Source: Labrenzia sp. VG12
Lineage (GTDB): Bacteria; Pseudomonadota; Alphaproteobacteria; Rhizobiales; Stappiaceae
Direction: 5' to 3'
DNA: 24,000 nt
Assembly (NCBI RefSeq): GCF_002237595.1
Contig: NZ_CP022529.1
Location: 2,494,117 to 2,518,116, forward strand
Below, piece after piece: positions 6,884 to 15,661 of the stretch. The first letter of the stretch is position 1; the number at the start of each line of letters is the position of its first letter. A program made the position numbers and the translations under genes. The notes beneath the pieces were generated by a model, which saw only the letters and a program-made list of their open reading frames with translations, had not been told where the DNA came from and searched no databases.

Positions 6884-7336
6884 CTAAAAATTGTCCTGCT
6901 CCCCACCACGCGCACCGTCGCTCCCGGTCCAGGCATAGATCAGGAAGTCTTCGCCGCCCCGGCCGTAGGACTTGAGCCGGCCTTCCCGTTCCGCCCCAAG
7001 TGCCTCAATCCAGCGATGGGCAATATCGTGCCCACACATCGTGATCACCTGAAGTCGCCGGCAATCACGTTCAATCTGCGGGCGCAACGACAGGATATGC
7101 CGCGTGATCAGCGGCACACAGCGCTTGAATCGCGCTGTTCCAAAAGCCCAGGCCTGCCAGTGTTGCGGATCGAAAGCCGACGCCTGGCTGAAGCCGAAGG
7201 CTGCCGCCGGCTGGCCGTCATACCAGACTGACCAGACCATGCCTGGCACTGCCGTCTCGATCGCGCAGACACCCAGGGCGCGCGTGTCCCAGACCTCCCA
7301 GAGACACGAGATTTCCTCAAAATCCTGCTGACGCAT
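6884..7336 (-). CDS. Phage-associated 150-aa protein downstream of terL (possible GNAT-like fold; function unknown)
   Basis: ATG at 7336. A CTG at 7384 overlapping the terL stop would add LIKDLCLRDVSYIAAN, which looks like part of the domain, so the start is uncertain. The pattern W..WYDGQPAAAFGF...W.AWAFGT...RWIEALGAE...GEDFLIYAW recalls small proteins that follow terminase genes in podovirus prophages. The ORF-track version (to 7747) overlaps terL and is an artefact. Confidence 0.6.
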   Translation of the reverse strand: MRQQDFEEISCLWEVWDTRALGVCAIETAVPGMVWSVWYDGQPAAAFGFSQASAFDPQHWQAWAFGTARFKRCVPLITRHILSLRPQIERDCRRLQVITMCGHDIAHRWIEALGAEREGRLKSYGRGGEDFLIYAWTGSDGARGGEQDNF

Positions 7337-7380
7337 GTTCGCTGCAATGTAGCTGACATCACGCAGACACAGGTCCTTGA

Positions 7381-8961
7381 TCAGAAGCCGCCGAGGGGAT
7401 CGTCCAGCGGCTTCATCTGGCTTCGGCCGGTGTTCGTCAGAATTTTTTTCAGGTCCGCCCTGTCTTTCCATCCCCATGCCTCGACCATCGCATCGGCTTC
7501 GTCCGGCGACGCACCGAGCCGTTCCTTGATGTCTTCCTTGCTCTCGATCAGGATCCGGCCGCCCTTCATCTTCCAGCGATGCGCCGTCAGCTGCGCCTTG
7601 ATCGTGGCGGAGCGCCTGATCGCGACCCCCGCCCCGCTTTTGGGGTGAAGCGCCTCGCGAAACCGCCAGTAAAGCTGGGCCCGCAGATTGTAGAAGGGAA
7701 TGCGGCTGTCTTTCGCGGTCTCGCCGGACTGGGCGGAAAAGACGCATTTTTCGACAGGAATACCGTTCTCACGGGTCAGAAATCCGACCGTATCTCCACC
7801 CCAGCCGCCGGTACAGTCGACCACGATCAGCGCATTGTCCCTCCGCTCCCGGATGATTAGCGCACCGACATCCGCTCCATCCTTGGTATCAGCCCCCTTG
7901 CGGACGATATTCTGTTCAAACCGCCGGCCGTGCAAAGGCTGCAGGACAGTCTTGTCCTTACCACCCTGCGCAACATCCACAGCCAGCACATCCATCGGCT
8001 GGTCCTTGTCGACATTCTCGTCATAGCGCTGAAAGGCCAGGTCAACCCAGTCGGACGGGATCACCTGCCAATCATGATCCTGTCGGGCGGCCAGAAAATC
8101 GCCGGTCTTCAGCGCGGTCCGCATCGGCTCCGGCATCTGGTCGAGCTGCGCATCATAGTCAGCGCCCAGAAACTTGTTGTCCTGCCGCCGTGCGGGAATG
8201 AAGGTGCGGCTTTTCGGCGTGCGCAATTCGCCCTCGATCTCGACCGGTTCCGGCCCGTCAACCCAGACGGTTCGAATGGCGTCGCCATCGTCGATGAAAA
8301 CGGCCCAGAGCAGGTCTCCGGGCTTGACCTTGCCATGGAGCGGGTGAAGCGGGTCAAGCCAGGGTCCGAACCAGTCACTCAGATAATCACCCTGTCCACC
8401 AATTGGCGGATTGGTAGCGATCAGGCCACGGCAACGTTGTCCCATCCGGCTGCTGCGCAGCCAGCCGAGCACAAAGATGATCTTGCGCGGGTCCATCTGC
8501 GCCCCTTCATCGAAGGCCTTCAGGTCATGGTCGCGCCCTTGCCAGTCTTCTTCAGAACCAGGCAGCCCCAGATGACCGAACTCGATCAGGCGTTCGTCCG
8601 GGCCAACCCAGCGTGGCGGATTTCCGGTGATCTTTCCCATCTCCGCCTGCCGCATCAGCGCGTTCATGCGTTCGATCAGCCCCTTCAGTGATTTTAGTGA
8701 TTGCCGGAAGATGGCGGCCTTGTGATGGGCGAACAGCGCCAGGCCGGCGATCAGGTCCGTTTTGCCACCACCGGCGGCACCACCATAGAGTGTCAGATCA
8801 GCCTTTGAGAAATAGCCGTCCGTCTGGGGGCCATGTTGCGGCCGCCAGACGTCGAACTGATCCAGAACCCCGGCTTCATCCAATTTCTTTTGCAGGGCGA
8901 CACGATTGGGTGGCTCCATCCTGTCAATGGTTCTGATCAGTGTTTCCAGAGCCGTCGTCAT
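7381..8961 (-). CDS. terL: Phage terminase large subunit (526 aa)
   Basis: Walker A-like motif LYGGAAGGGKTDL near the N-terminus. A C-terminal nuclease-domain pattern is present (VDVAQGGKDKTVL, IVVDCTGGWG, PDEADAMV). Size and position after terS fit. The start could instead be M15 at 8919. Confidence 0.9.
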   Translation of the reverse strand: MTTALETLIRTIDRMEPPNRVALQKKLDEAGVLDQFDVWRPQHGPQTDGYFSKADLTLYGGAAGGGKTDLIAGLALFAHHKAAIFRQSLKSLKGLIERMNALMRQAEMGKITGNPPRWVGPDERLIEFGHLGLPGSEEDWQGRDHDLKAFDEGAQMDPRKIIFVLGWLRSSRMGQRCRGLIATNPPIGGQGDYLSDWFGPWLDPLHPLHGKVKPGDLLWAVFIDDGDAIRTVWVDGPEPVEIEGELRTPKSRTFIPARRQDNKFLGADYDAQLDQMPEPMRTALKTGDFLAARQDHDWQVIPSDWVDLAFQRYDENVDKDQPMDVLAVDVAQGGKDKTVLQPLHGRRFEQNIVRKGADTKDGADVGALIIRERRDNALIVVDCTGGWGGDTVGFLTRENGIPVEKCVFSAQSGETAKDSRIPFYNLRAQLYWRFREALHPKSGAGVAIRRSATIKAQLTAHRWKMKGGRILIESKEDIKERLGASPDEADAMVEAWGWKDRADLKKILTNTGRSQMKPLDDPLGGF

Positions 8962-9415
8962 CTCCCGGCAGATCCTTTGCGGTCAGAAGTGCCATCACGC
9001 CCAGCGCGATTTCATTCGAACTTCGTGGTTTCAACGCCTCGAGCCGTCCAGCGTCGTCCGGCCCAGCCAGGATGTTCCAGCTTTCCAGCTCCGAACGGTC
9101 CCGCCACCCGGCCCGGTTCTTCATGTTCAGCGCCCAGGCACTGGCGTTGAACTTTGGCAACTCGCCCTGGCTGCCAGCCTTGCCAATACGTTCCCACTCC
9201 AGAAGCCCGCGCCGTGCGGCCGCTTCAAGTTGTTCAGCTGGAAAATCCTCCGGGAACTGCTCCGCGTAGTACCGAAGGGTCTTGCGGTCCGCACCTGGAA
9301 AGCTGTCGATCGAAAAACCGGCGGCAATATGGTCGCAGAATGCGCTGCAAGCCCGCCGCCTGTCTTCCGGTGTCGGCCATGGCAGCGCGCAAGCGCCGCT
9401 GCCCATTTGAGCCAT
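8924..9415 (-). CDS. terS: Phage terminase small subunit (163 aa)
   Basis: ATG at 9415 follows GAGGTGACGC. N-terminal HTH-like region (RRRACSAFCDHIAAGFSIDSFPGADRKTLRYYAEQFP) and WALNMKNRAGWRDRSE are typical of terS. It overlaps the terL start by 38 nt. Confidence 0.7.
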   Translation of the reverse strand: MAQMGSGACALPWPTPEDRRRACSAFCDHIAAGFSIDSFPGADRKTLRYYAEQFPEDFPAEQLEAAARRGLLEWERIGKAGSQGELPKFNASAWALNMKNRAGWRDRSELESWNILAGPDDAGRLEALKPRSSNEIALGVMALLTAKDLPGDDDGSGNTDQNH

Positions 9416-9536
9416 GCGTCACCTCGCTCATCATCAGTCGAAAGAAAAGTCACCCTCGTACGGCGCGGTCGCGCCCCAATGGAAATCCGGCATACGAACA
9501 CGTGGGGTGTTCGATGGATGCAGTATTCCAGGATGA

Positions 9537-9652
9537 CTTGATAAGACCTCTTATAGCTCCGTTTTGACGAGCCTGTCCAATCACCTGAACCAACTGAACC
9601 ACCTGTTTAGATTGACCTTTTCAGTTTGCTCTGACCAATCAGGACCTTGGCA
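9537..9652. repeat. Copy B of the ~116-bp imperfect direct repeat (partner at 633-748)
   Basis: See copy A. Copy B lacks the second arm of the palindrome and instead has a tandem 8-mer, ctgaacca-a-ctgaacca (9585-9601). It lies about 120 nt upstream of the terS start on the minus strand. Confidence 0.55.
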
Positions 9653-9816
9653 GAAGCCGACATTATGCGCCTATGAAGAGACTTTTTCTGTCCCCATCTT
9701 CAGAACCTTCGGAGGACCACCGCTTCTTTGCCGGAGCCATGCATTCACCTGCTTCATCACCCGTCCGGACCTGCCAGACTTCGCAAACCGCACTTGACTC
9801 AGCTTCCATTTCATAA

Positions 9817-9841
9817 TTAGTTCGGTAACTGAACGAACTAA
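9817..9841. promoter_or_regulatory. Inverted repeat TTAGTTCG-N9-CGAACTAA just upstream of the ROK regulator start; candidate auto-operator
   Basis: Read directly: ttagttcg gtaactgaa cgaactaa, with a nested gttc...gaac. It ends 4 nt before the GTG at 9846. The operator role is inferred. Confidence 0.4.
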
Positions 9842-9845
9842 TGAG

Positions 9846-11069
9846 GTGCCCGTCTTGGCCGACCCTTCCAACATCTCCCGGCGCATGTCCCTGAGTGCAG
9901 TGGTTCAGGCGATTGCCAGCTACAGCCCGATCTCCCGCGCAAGCGTGTCCAAGATCACCGGCCTGTCCAAGCAGACCGTGTCGGAGATTGTCGGCAATCT
10001 GGAAGAAGAAGGCTGGGTCAGGACCGTTGGGCAAACCGAAGGCCATGTCGGTCGCCGGGCTGTCGTCTACGAGATCGTGCCGGAGGCCGCCTCTGTGGCA
10101 AGTGTTGATCTCGGCGGCACCAAGATCCGCGTCGCCATCTGCAACTTGACCGGCGCCGTTGTCTCCGAACTGGTGGAACCGACCGACAAGGCCGGCGGCA
10201 AGGCGGTGATCGATCAGGTCGCCGATCTGATCCGTCGCACGGCCGCCCAGGCCGGAACCACCGCGAAACTCCCGCGTGTTGCAGTGATCGGCGTCCCGGG
10301 CGCCCCTGACCGGGAAACCGGCAACATCCGCATGGCGCCGAATATTCCCGGCATCGGCGAACTCGATGCACCGGCCCTTTGGCGCGACGCACTCGGCATC
10401 GAGGTCTTTGTCGAAAACGACGTCAATCTCGCCGCGCTTGGCGAACACTGGCTGACCAAACGCAGCGACAAGGACGACCTGATCTACGTCTCCATCGGCA
10501 CCGGCATCGGCGCAGGCATCGTTATTGGCGGTCAGCTCCATCGCGGACTGAACGGGGCTGCCGGTGAGATCGGCTATCTGCCCTTCGGCGCCGATCCCTT
10601 CGAGCCGGAGAGCCTGGAAACCGGCGCCCTGGAACGGGTCGCCGCCACACACGCCATTACGGAACTCTACGCCCGGAAAACCGGCAGGAGCCTCGACGTG
10701 CCCGCCATTTTCGAAGCCGCCAATGACGGTGACACGGCCGCGTCCGAAACCCTTGACCAGACAGCCCGCCAGGCGGCGCGCGTCATGGCAGCCCTGGCAG
10801 CCGTGCTCGACCCGTCCTGCATCGTCATCGGCGGCTCCATCGGTGCGCGCTATGAATTGTTTTCAAGGGTGGAAAATCAGCTGAAGGCCTGTTTTCCCCG
10901 CCCAGTCCTGATTGAAAAGTCAACGCTCGGCAATCATGCCGCACTTGCCGGTGGCGCCTCCGTCGCCCTTTCCCGCCTGCACCTGTCCCTTTTCACCGAG
11001 GGATTGAAAGGGGTGGAAATCGCCGTGCCGCCCCCTTCCATCGAGACGTTCAGGAAGGGAGCAGCCTGA
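9846..11069 (+). CDS. ROK-family transcriptional regulator (N-terminal wHTH plus sugar-kinase-like domain), 407 aa
   Basis: wHTH region SRASVSKITGLSKQTVSEIVGNLEEEGWV, then ASVDLGGTKIRVA (DxGxT) and SIGTGIGAGIV...GAAGEIG. The canonical ROK Zn motif (GH...CxCGxxGCxE) is replaced by GYLPFGADPFEPESLETGALE, which has no Cys. The start is GTG 9846 or TTG 9855 (GAGG at 9843-9846). The stop overlaps the next ATG (TGATG). Confidence 0.85.
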   Translation: MPVLADPSNISRRMSLSAVVQAIASYSPISRASVSKITGLSKQTVSEIVGNLEEEGWVRTVGQTEGHVGRRAVVYEIVPEAASVASVDLGGTKIRVAICNLTGAVVSELVEPTDKAGGKAVIDQVADLIRRTAAQAGTTAKLPRVAVIGVPGAPDRETGNIRMAPNIPGIGELDAPALWRDALGIEVFVENDVNLAALGEHWLTKRSDKDDLIYVSIGTGIGAGIVIGGQLHRGLNGAAGEIGYLPFGADPFEPESLETGALERVAATHAITELYARKTGRSLDVPAIFEAANDGDTAASETLDQTARQAARVMAALAAVLDPSCIVIGGSIGARYELFSRVENQLKACFPRPVLIEKSTLGNHAALAGGASVALSRLHLSLFTEGLKGVEIAVPPPSIETFRKGAA

Positions 11070-12327
11070 TGAGCTCTGAGTTTCTTCAAACACTGAGCGA
11101 TCATCAGGACCGGGACGCGGACCTGAAACTGCTGCAAGAGGCCATAGGCCATGAAAGCATCACCGGCAATGAAACCGACTTTGCCTCTTTCCTGAAGAGC
11201 CGGATGGACGAACTCGGCCTGCAAACCGGATCGGGTGACTTTCTGCCCGGACGTCTTAATGTCTGGGGGAAACAAAAGCAGCCCGTGCGGACGCAAAACG
11301 GCTCCTGTTTGTCGGCCACACCGACACAGTCCACGTCCGTGGCTGGCAAGACAATTGGTCGGGCAAACCGCAGGAGAACCCGTTTTCGGGTGCGCTGATC
11401 GATGGCCACATCTGGGGTCGGGGCGCTTGTGATCTGAAGGGCGGTATCTGTGCGGCGCTGGCCGGCTTGCGCCTGTTGCAATCGGCAGGCCACCAACCTG
11501 CAGGCGGCCTCTCCTTTGCCTTTATCGGCGACGAGGAAAGCGGAGAACCCGGAACGGGCGTCAGCGCCGGAGCCCACGACCTTGTCAAACGCATCCAAGC
11601 CGGCGAAATCGCCAAACCCGATTTCGCAGTCTATGTCGAACCGACAAAGCTCGACGTCTATACCGCGCAGATCGGCTTTTTCATTGCAGATATCACCATC
11701 ACCGGAAAATCCGCCTATTTTGGCACACCGGAGCTTGGCACCGACGCCCTGAAAGCCACCCACGCCATCCTCGAACAGATCTGGGCGCATGAGGCTGACC
11801 TGACCGCCGGGCCGAAACACGACCTGGTCGGCGCATCGTCGGTCCTTGTGACGGATATCCGCGGCGGCGGCTACATCGCCGTGCCCGGCGAATGCCGCTT
11901 TTCCCTGATCCGCAAGTTACGCCCCGGCGAAGATCTGAACGAGGCCGTTGCGGCACTGGAAACTGTCATCCACGCAGCTCCCGTTGCCGACGGCATATCC
12001 CTTCAGATCGACTATCCCGCAGGCCGGGACCACAAATTCGGCGGTTCCCCGGTCGAGATTGCCCATGACCATCCGGATGCGCGGCTGCTGGCGCGCTGCA
12101 TCGGTGAGGTCCATGAACCGGGAGGCGCCCTTGGCGGCGCACCCTATTGGTCGGAAATGCCGTTTCTCGTCAACGAGATCGGCTGTCCGGCGGTTTACTG
12201 CGCTCCGGGCGACATCGCCCTGGCGCACACATTCGAAGAGCGCATCGAGGTGGAAAGCTACCTGGCAGCTGTCAGGGCTTTTGCGCTGTTCGTGGCCGAA
12301 TTTTGCGGCCTGGAAGAAGCACGGTAA
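11069..12327 (+). pseudogene. M20-family metallopeptidase / deacylase (ArgE/DapE/CPG2-like) with a broken reading frame
   Basis: The N-terminal 67 codons (MSSEFLQTL...GRLNVWG) are in one frame. The rest (ETKAARADAKRLLFVGHTDTVHVRGW...GRGACDLKGG...FIGDEESGE... to 12327) is in another. The junction is at the G5 run 11265-11269; one more G would give a continuous ~419-aa M20 protein. Confidence 0.8.
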
Positions 12328-12352
12328 CAACCAACAACCAGAGGGTACCGAC

Positions 12353-13423
12353 ATGAAATCTGCAGCAAGACACCTGGCGGCTTCCGCCCTGTTCACACTG
12401 ATGAGCGTCACCGCTCTGTCTCCCGCCGCCATGGCCCAGACCGTCGGCCCGGGCGGGGAAAGTGCGACGCCGTCCGCCGACGTCGTCGTCGGCGATGACA
12501 GCCTGGAGGCGATCCGCGGCGCGGGCTACAAGGCGGCCCTGCTCTGGCACGACCAGTCCGATTTCGTCAACGCCGTCAGCGCCGGTGCAAAGGACGAATT
12601 CGAGCGGCTCGGCATCGAGGTAGTGGCCACCACCAGTGCCGGCTTTGACGCCGCCAAGCAGCGCAGCGACATCGAAACCTCGCTTGCCAAGGAACCGAAC
12701 ATCATTCTGTCGCTGCCGCTCGACCCGGTCACTTCCGCGGCAGCCTTCAAGGAAGCCCGTGACGGTGGGGTCTCTCTGGTGTTTCTCTCAAATCTGCCGG
12801 CCGGATACGAGCATCCGCGCGACTATGCCGCCATTGTCACCGACGATCTTTTCCAGATGGGCAAGCAGGCCGCCGACGCCCTGGCAAGCGCCATGGGCGG
12901 CAAGGGCACCGTCGGCTGGATCTATCATGACGCCGACTATTACGTGACCAACCAGCGGGACAACGCCTTCAAAACGACGATCGAAAAGGACTATCCGGAA
13001 ATCTCCATCGTCGCCGAACAGGGCATCAGCGATCCGGCCCGCGCCGAAGAGATTGCCAACGCGATGCTTTTGAAGAACCCGGATCTCGGCGGCATCTATG
13101 TCACCTGGGCAGGTCCTGCGGAAGGTGTGCTCGCGGCCCTGCGCGCCAATGGCAACAAGACCACGAAAATCGTCACGCTCGATCTGTCTGAGCCGGTCGC
13201 ACTCGACATGGTCCGGGGCGGCAATGTCGCTGCCATCGTCGCCGATGAAGCCTATGAGCTTGGCCGAGCCATGGCAGCCGCCGCAGCGCTTCGTCTTGCC
13301 GGCAAGGATGTGCCGCCTTTCGTGACAGCGCCTGCCATCACCGTGACCGCCGACACGGTGGTCGAGGGATGGAAAAAGTCGCTCAACATCGACGCGCCGG
13401 CAAGCGTTTCCTCCGCGCAGTGA
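12353..13423 (+). CDS. ABC transporter periplasmic substrate-binding protein, sugar/RbsB-FrcB type (356 aa)
   Basis: ATG at 12353 follows GAGGG. Signal peptide MKSAARHLAASALFTLMSVTALSPAAMA. The body is PBP type I-like (ALLWHDQSDFVNAV..., VTDDLFQMGKQAADAL). Confidence 0.85.
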   Translation: MKSAARHLAASALFTLMSVTALSPAAMAQTVGPGGESATPSADVVVGDDSLEAIRGAGYKAALLWHDQSDFVNAVSAGAKDEFERLGIEVVATTSAGFDAAKQRSDIETSLAKEPNIILSLPLDPVTSAAAFKEARDGGVSLVFLSNLPAGYEHPRDYAAIVTDDLFQMGKQAADALASAMGGKGTVGWIYHDADYYVTNQRDNAFKTTIEKDYPEISIVAEQGISDPARAEEIANAMLLKNPDLGGIYVTWAGPAEGVLAALRANGNKTTKIVTLDLSEPVALDMVRGGNVAAIVADEAYELGRAMAAAAALRLAGKDVPPFVTAPAITVTADTVVEGWKKSLNIDAPASVSSAQ

Positions 13424-13433
13424 CCGGCAATAC

Positions 13434-13455
13434 GGCGGGCAGCTCTCTGCCCGCC
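13434..13455 (+). other. Intercistronic GC stem-loop between the SBP and permease genes
   Basis: ggcgggcag-ctct-ctgcccgcc: a 9-bp perfect stem with a 4-nt loop, starting 11 nt after the SBP stop. No T-tract follows. It is likely an mRNA-stabilising or attenuating hairpin rather than a full terminator. Confidence 0.4.
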
Positions 13456-13483
13456 GGCACTTCCTTGCAGCAAAGAGACTGAC

Positions 13484-14437
13484 ATGACCACCATCGCAGC
13501 GCGCCTGCAGCGCCTCGATCTGCAGCGCTCCGTAATTTATCTCGGCTTTCTGGCGATCTTCCTGTTCTTCGCGATCACGCTTCACGATGACGGCTTCCTG
13601 ACCAGCCGGAACCTGACCAACATTGTTCTTCAGACGGCTCCCGCCACCATCATGGCCATCGGTCTTGTCTTTGCGCTGTCAGCCGGAGAGATCGATCTCA
13701 GTTTCGGCTCGGTGGTGGCCGTGTCCGCGCTTTCCGCCGCCGTTGCCATGCAATCCTACCCGATGGTCGTCGGCGTCATGGCCGGTCTCGGTGCAGGTGC
13801 GCTCATCGGCGCAATCAACGGTGTCCTGGTCGCCTATCTGCGCCTGCCGTCTTTCTTGGTCACGCTCGCAACCATGGGCCTGTTCGCGGGGATTGCACGG
13901 TCCATGACAGATCTCCGCTCCATCCCTGTGCTCAATGACACCTTCACCGGCATTTTCGGCTCGGGCGCCCTGTTTTCTATTCCCTCGCTGGTCCTCTGGA
14001 CCATCGCCGCTGTCATTATCGGCCACATTGTCTATCGCAACACGCGCTTTGGCGCGCATGTGCTGGCGACCGGCGACAATGCCCGTGCCGCGCAGGTCTC
14101 CGGCATCAAGGTGCCACGCATTCGTCTCAGCGTGCTCATGCTTTGCGGCACGATGGCCGGCCTCGCCGGATTGCTCTATGCCGGCCGTCTTCAGGCCGCA
14201 AAATACACGCTGGGGGAAAGCGATCTGATGACCGTGATTGCCGCGGTCATTGTCGGCGGCACGGCGCTTAATGGCGGCAAGGGCTCGATCATCGGCGCGC
14301 TCCTGGGCTCGCTGCTGATGGGCATGCTCAACAATGGCCTCATCCTGATGGGCCTTGATGTTTCGGACCAGATGATCGTCCGCGGGCTCATCATTCTCAT
14401 TGCCGTCGCCGTCTCCCTGCGCGACACCAGCCGGTAA
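13484..14437 (+). CDS. ABC transporter permease, RbsC/FrcC type (317 aa)
   Basis: Multi-TM protein with typical CUT2 permease motifs: LSAGEIDLSFGS, GGTALNGGKGSIIGALLG, LILMGLD. Confidence 0.9.
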   Translation: MTTIAARLQRLDLQRSVIYLGFLAIFLFFAITLHDDGFLTSRNLTNIVLQTAPATIMAIGLVFALSAGEIDLSFGSVVAVSALSAAVAMQSYPMVVGVMAGLGAGALIGAINGVLVAYLRLPSFLVTLATMGLFAGIARSMTDLRSIPVLNDTFTGIFGSGALFSIPSLVLWTIAAVIIGHIVYRNTRFGAHVLATGDNARAAQVSGIKVPRIRLSVLMLCGTMAGLAGLLYAGRLQAAKYTLGESDLMTVIAAVIVGGTALNGGKGSIIGALLGSLLMGMLNNGLILMGLDVSDQMIVRGLIILIAVAVSLRDTSR

Positions 14438-14449
14438 CCGGAGCTTCCC

Positions 14450-15661
14450 ATGTTTCTAGACACCCTGATCCGCCGTAACCCGGCCTTCATCGAAGCGGCG
14501 ATGGCTCTTCACCAGCAAGGCAAGATCCCGGCCAATACCTATGTGCTCGATCTTGACGCGGTGGAAGACAATGCCCGGCTTTTTCAGACCGAAGCGGCCA
14601 AACATGGCCTGAAAACCTTCGCCATGACCAAGCAGGTTGGCCGCCATTCCGGTTTCTGCCAGGCGGTCCAGAAAGGCGGCATCGACCGGTCGGTCGCCGT
14701 CGACATGGCCTGTGCGCTTGCCTGCGACCGTGCTGGTCTCAAGACTGGTCATCTTGGCCATCTGGTTCAGATCCCCCGCCGGGAAGCCGCCTTTGCAGCC
14801 GCAAAACTGCAGCCAGACTACTGGACGGTCTTTTCCGATACCAAGGCCGCGGAAGCGGCCGGCGCGGCACAAGCAGCCGGGCGCGTCCAGAAACTCCTGG
14901 CCCGCATTCAGACCGAAGGCGACACCTTCTACCGCGGACACGAGGGCGGTTTCGCAGCGGAAGACATAGTCGCGGTGGCAGCAAGGCTGGACGCGCTTGA
15001 CGGCGCAGCGTTTGCAGGTATCACCACCTTCCCGGCCCTGCTCTTTGATCTGGAGACCCGCAAGGTCAAACCCACCCCCAACCTTGCCACGCTTAGCCGG
15101 GCCGCCGACGCGCTGGCCAGATCCGGCCGCACCGGCATCGAGATCAATGCTCCGGGCACCACCTCCTCCGCGGTTCTCGGCGCCCTTTCCGAAGCCGGTG
15201 CAACCCAGTGCGAACCCGGCAATGGCCTTCATGGCACGACGCCCCTCCATGCGGTGGAAGACCTGCCGGAGAACCCGGCGGTGCTTTATCTTTCAGAAGT
15301 CTCGCACCACCATGGCGGCAAGGCCTATTGTTTTGGCGGCGGGCTTTACATCGATCCGGTGTTTCCGAAATATCAGGTGCAGGCCCTGGTCTCCGCCGAA
15401 CCGACCGCCAGCCGCTCCGCGCTGCGTGACGTCGAGATCCCGGACTATTCGGCTATCGACTATTACGCCATGATCGACGCGATTGGCCCTAAACCGCCGG
15501 CACCCGGAGACACGGTTGTTTTCGGCTTTCGCGGCCAGGCCTTTGTCACACGCGCACTTGTTGCCGGCATCTCCGGTATCAGCAGCGGAAATCCGGTCGT
15601 AACAACCATCGAGAACAGCTTTGGCGATCTCGTCAGCTGGCCGGGAGTGCACCAGCAATGA
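14450..15661 (+). CDS. YhfX-like PLP-dependent enzyme (alanine racemase N-terminal, fold type III barrel family), 403 aa
   Basis: GGAG lies 6 nt upstream of the ATG. NPAFIEAAMALHQQGKIP...YVLDLDAV...FAMTKQVGRH...GHLGHLVQIP...EPGNGLHGTTP...YCFGGGLY matches my recollection of E. coli YhfX along the whole length. The Lys in MTKQ is the likely PLP lysine. Confidence 0.7.
   Translation: MFLDTLIRRNPAFIEAAMALHQQGKIPANTYVLDLDAVEDNARLFQTEAAKHGLKTFAMTKQVGRHSGFCQAVQKGGIDRSVAVDMACALACDRAGLKTGHLGHLVQIPRREAAFAAAKLQPDYWTVFSDTKAAEAAGAAQAAGRVQKLLARIQTEGDTFYRGHEGGFAAEDIVAVAARLDALDGAAFAGITTFPALLFDLETRKVKPTPNLATLSRAADALARSGRTGIEINAPGTTSSAVLGALSEAGATQCEPGNGLHGTTPLHAVEDLPENPAVLYLSEVSHHHGGKAYCFGGGLYIDPVFPKYQVQALVSAEPTASRSALRDVEIPDYSAIDYYAMIDAIGPKPPAPGDTVVFGFRGQAFVTRALVAGISGISSGNPVVTTIENSFGDLVSWPGVHQQ

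Noticed and set aside
1-9660. Diversity-generating retroelement, considered because the head module resembles BPP-1-type podoviruses
   Set aside because: There is no reverse transcriptase ORF and no TR/VR-like near-identical repeat pair in the window. The only repeat (633-748 / 9537-9652) is non-coding and too divergent.
9564-9886. Small ORFs between terS and the ROK gene: 9564-9797(+), 77 aa, and 9671-9886(-), 71 aa, basic
   Set aside because: They have no SD and no recognisable motif. They overlap repeat copy B or the ROK operator and start region. They are most likely non-coding.
9663-10652. Long antisense ORFs inside well-supported genes: 9663-10652(-), 11104-11820(-), 12788-13585(-), 14456-15250(-), 18119-19063(-), 19106-20344(-), 20357-21328(-), 22213-22956(-), 23136-23852(-), 7930-8691(+), 3038-3598(-), 5327-5935(-)
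   Set aside because: These are typical shadow ORFs of GC-rich DNA. Their translations are Arg/Ala/Gly/Pro-rich with no motifs, and each lies opposite a gene with clear family signatures and a good SD.
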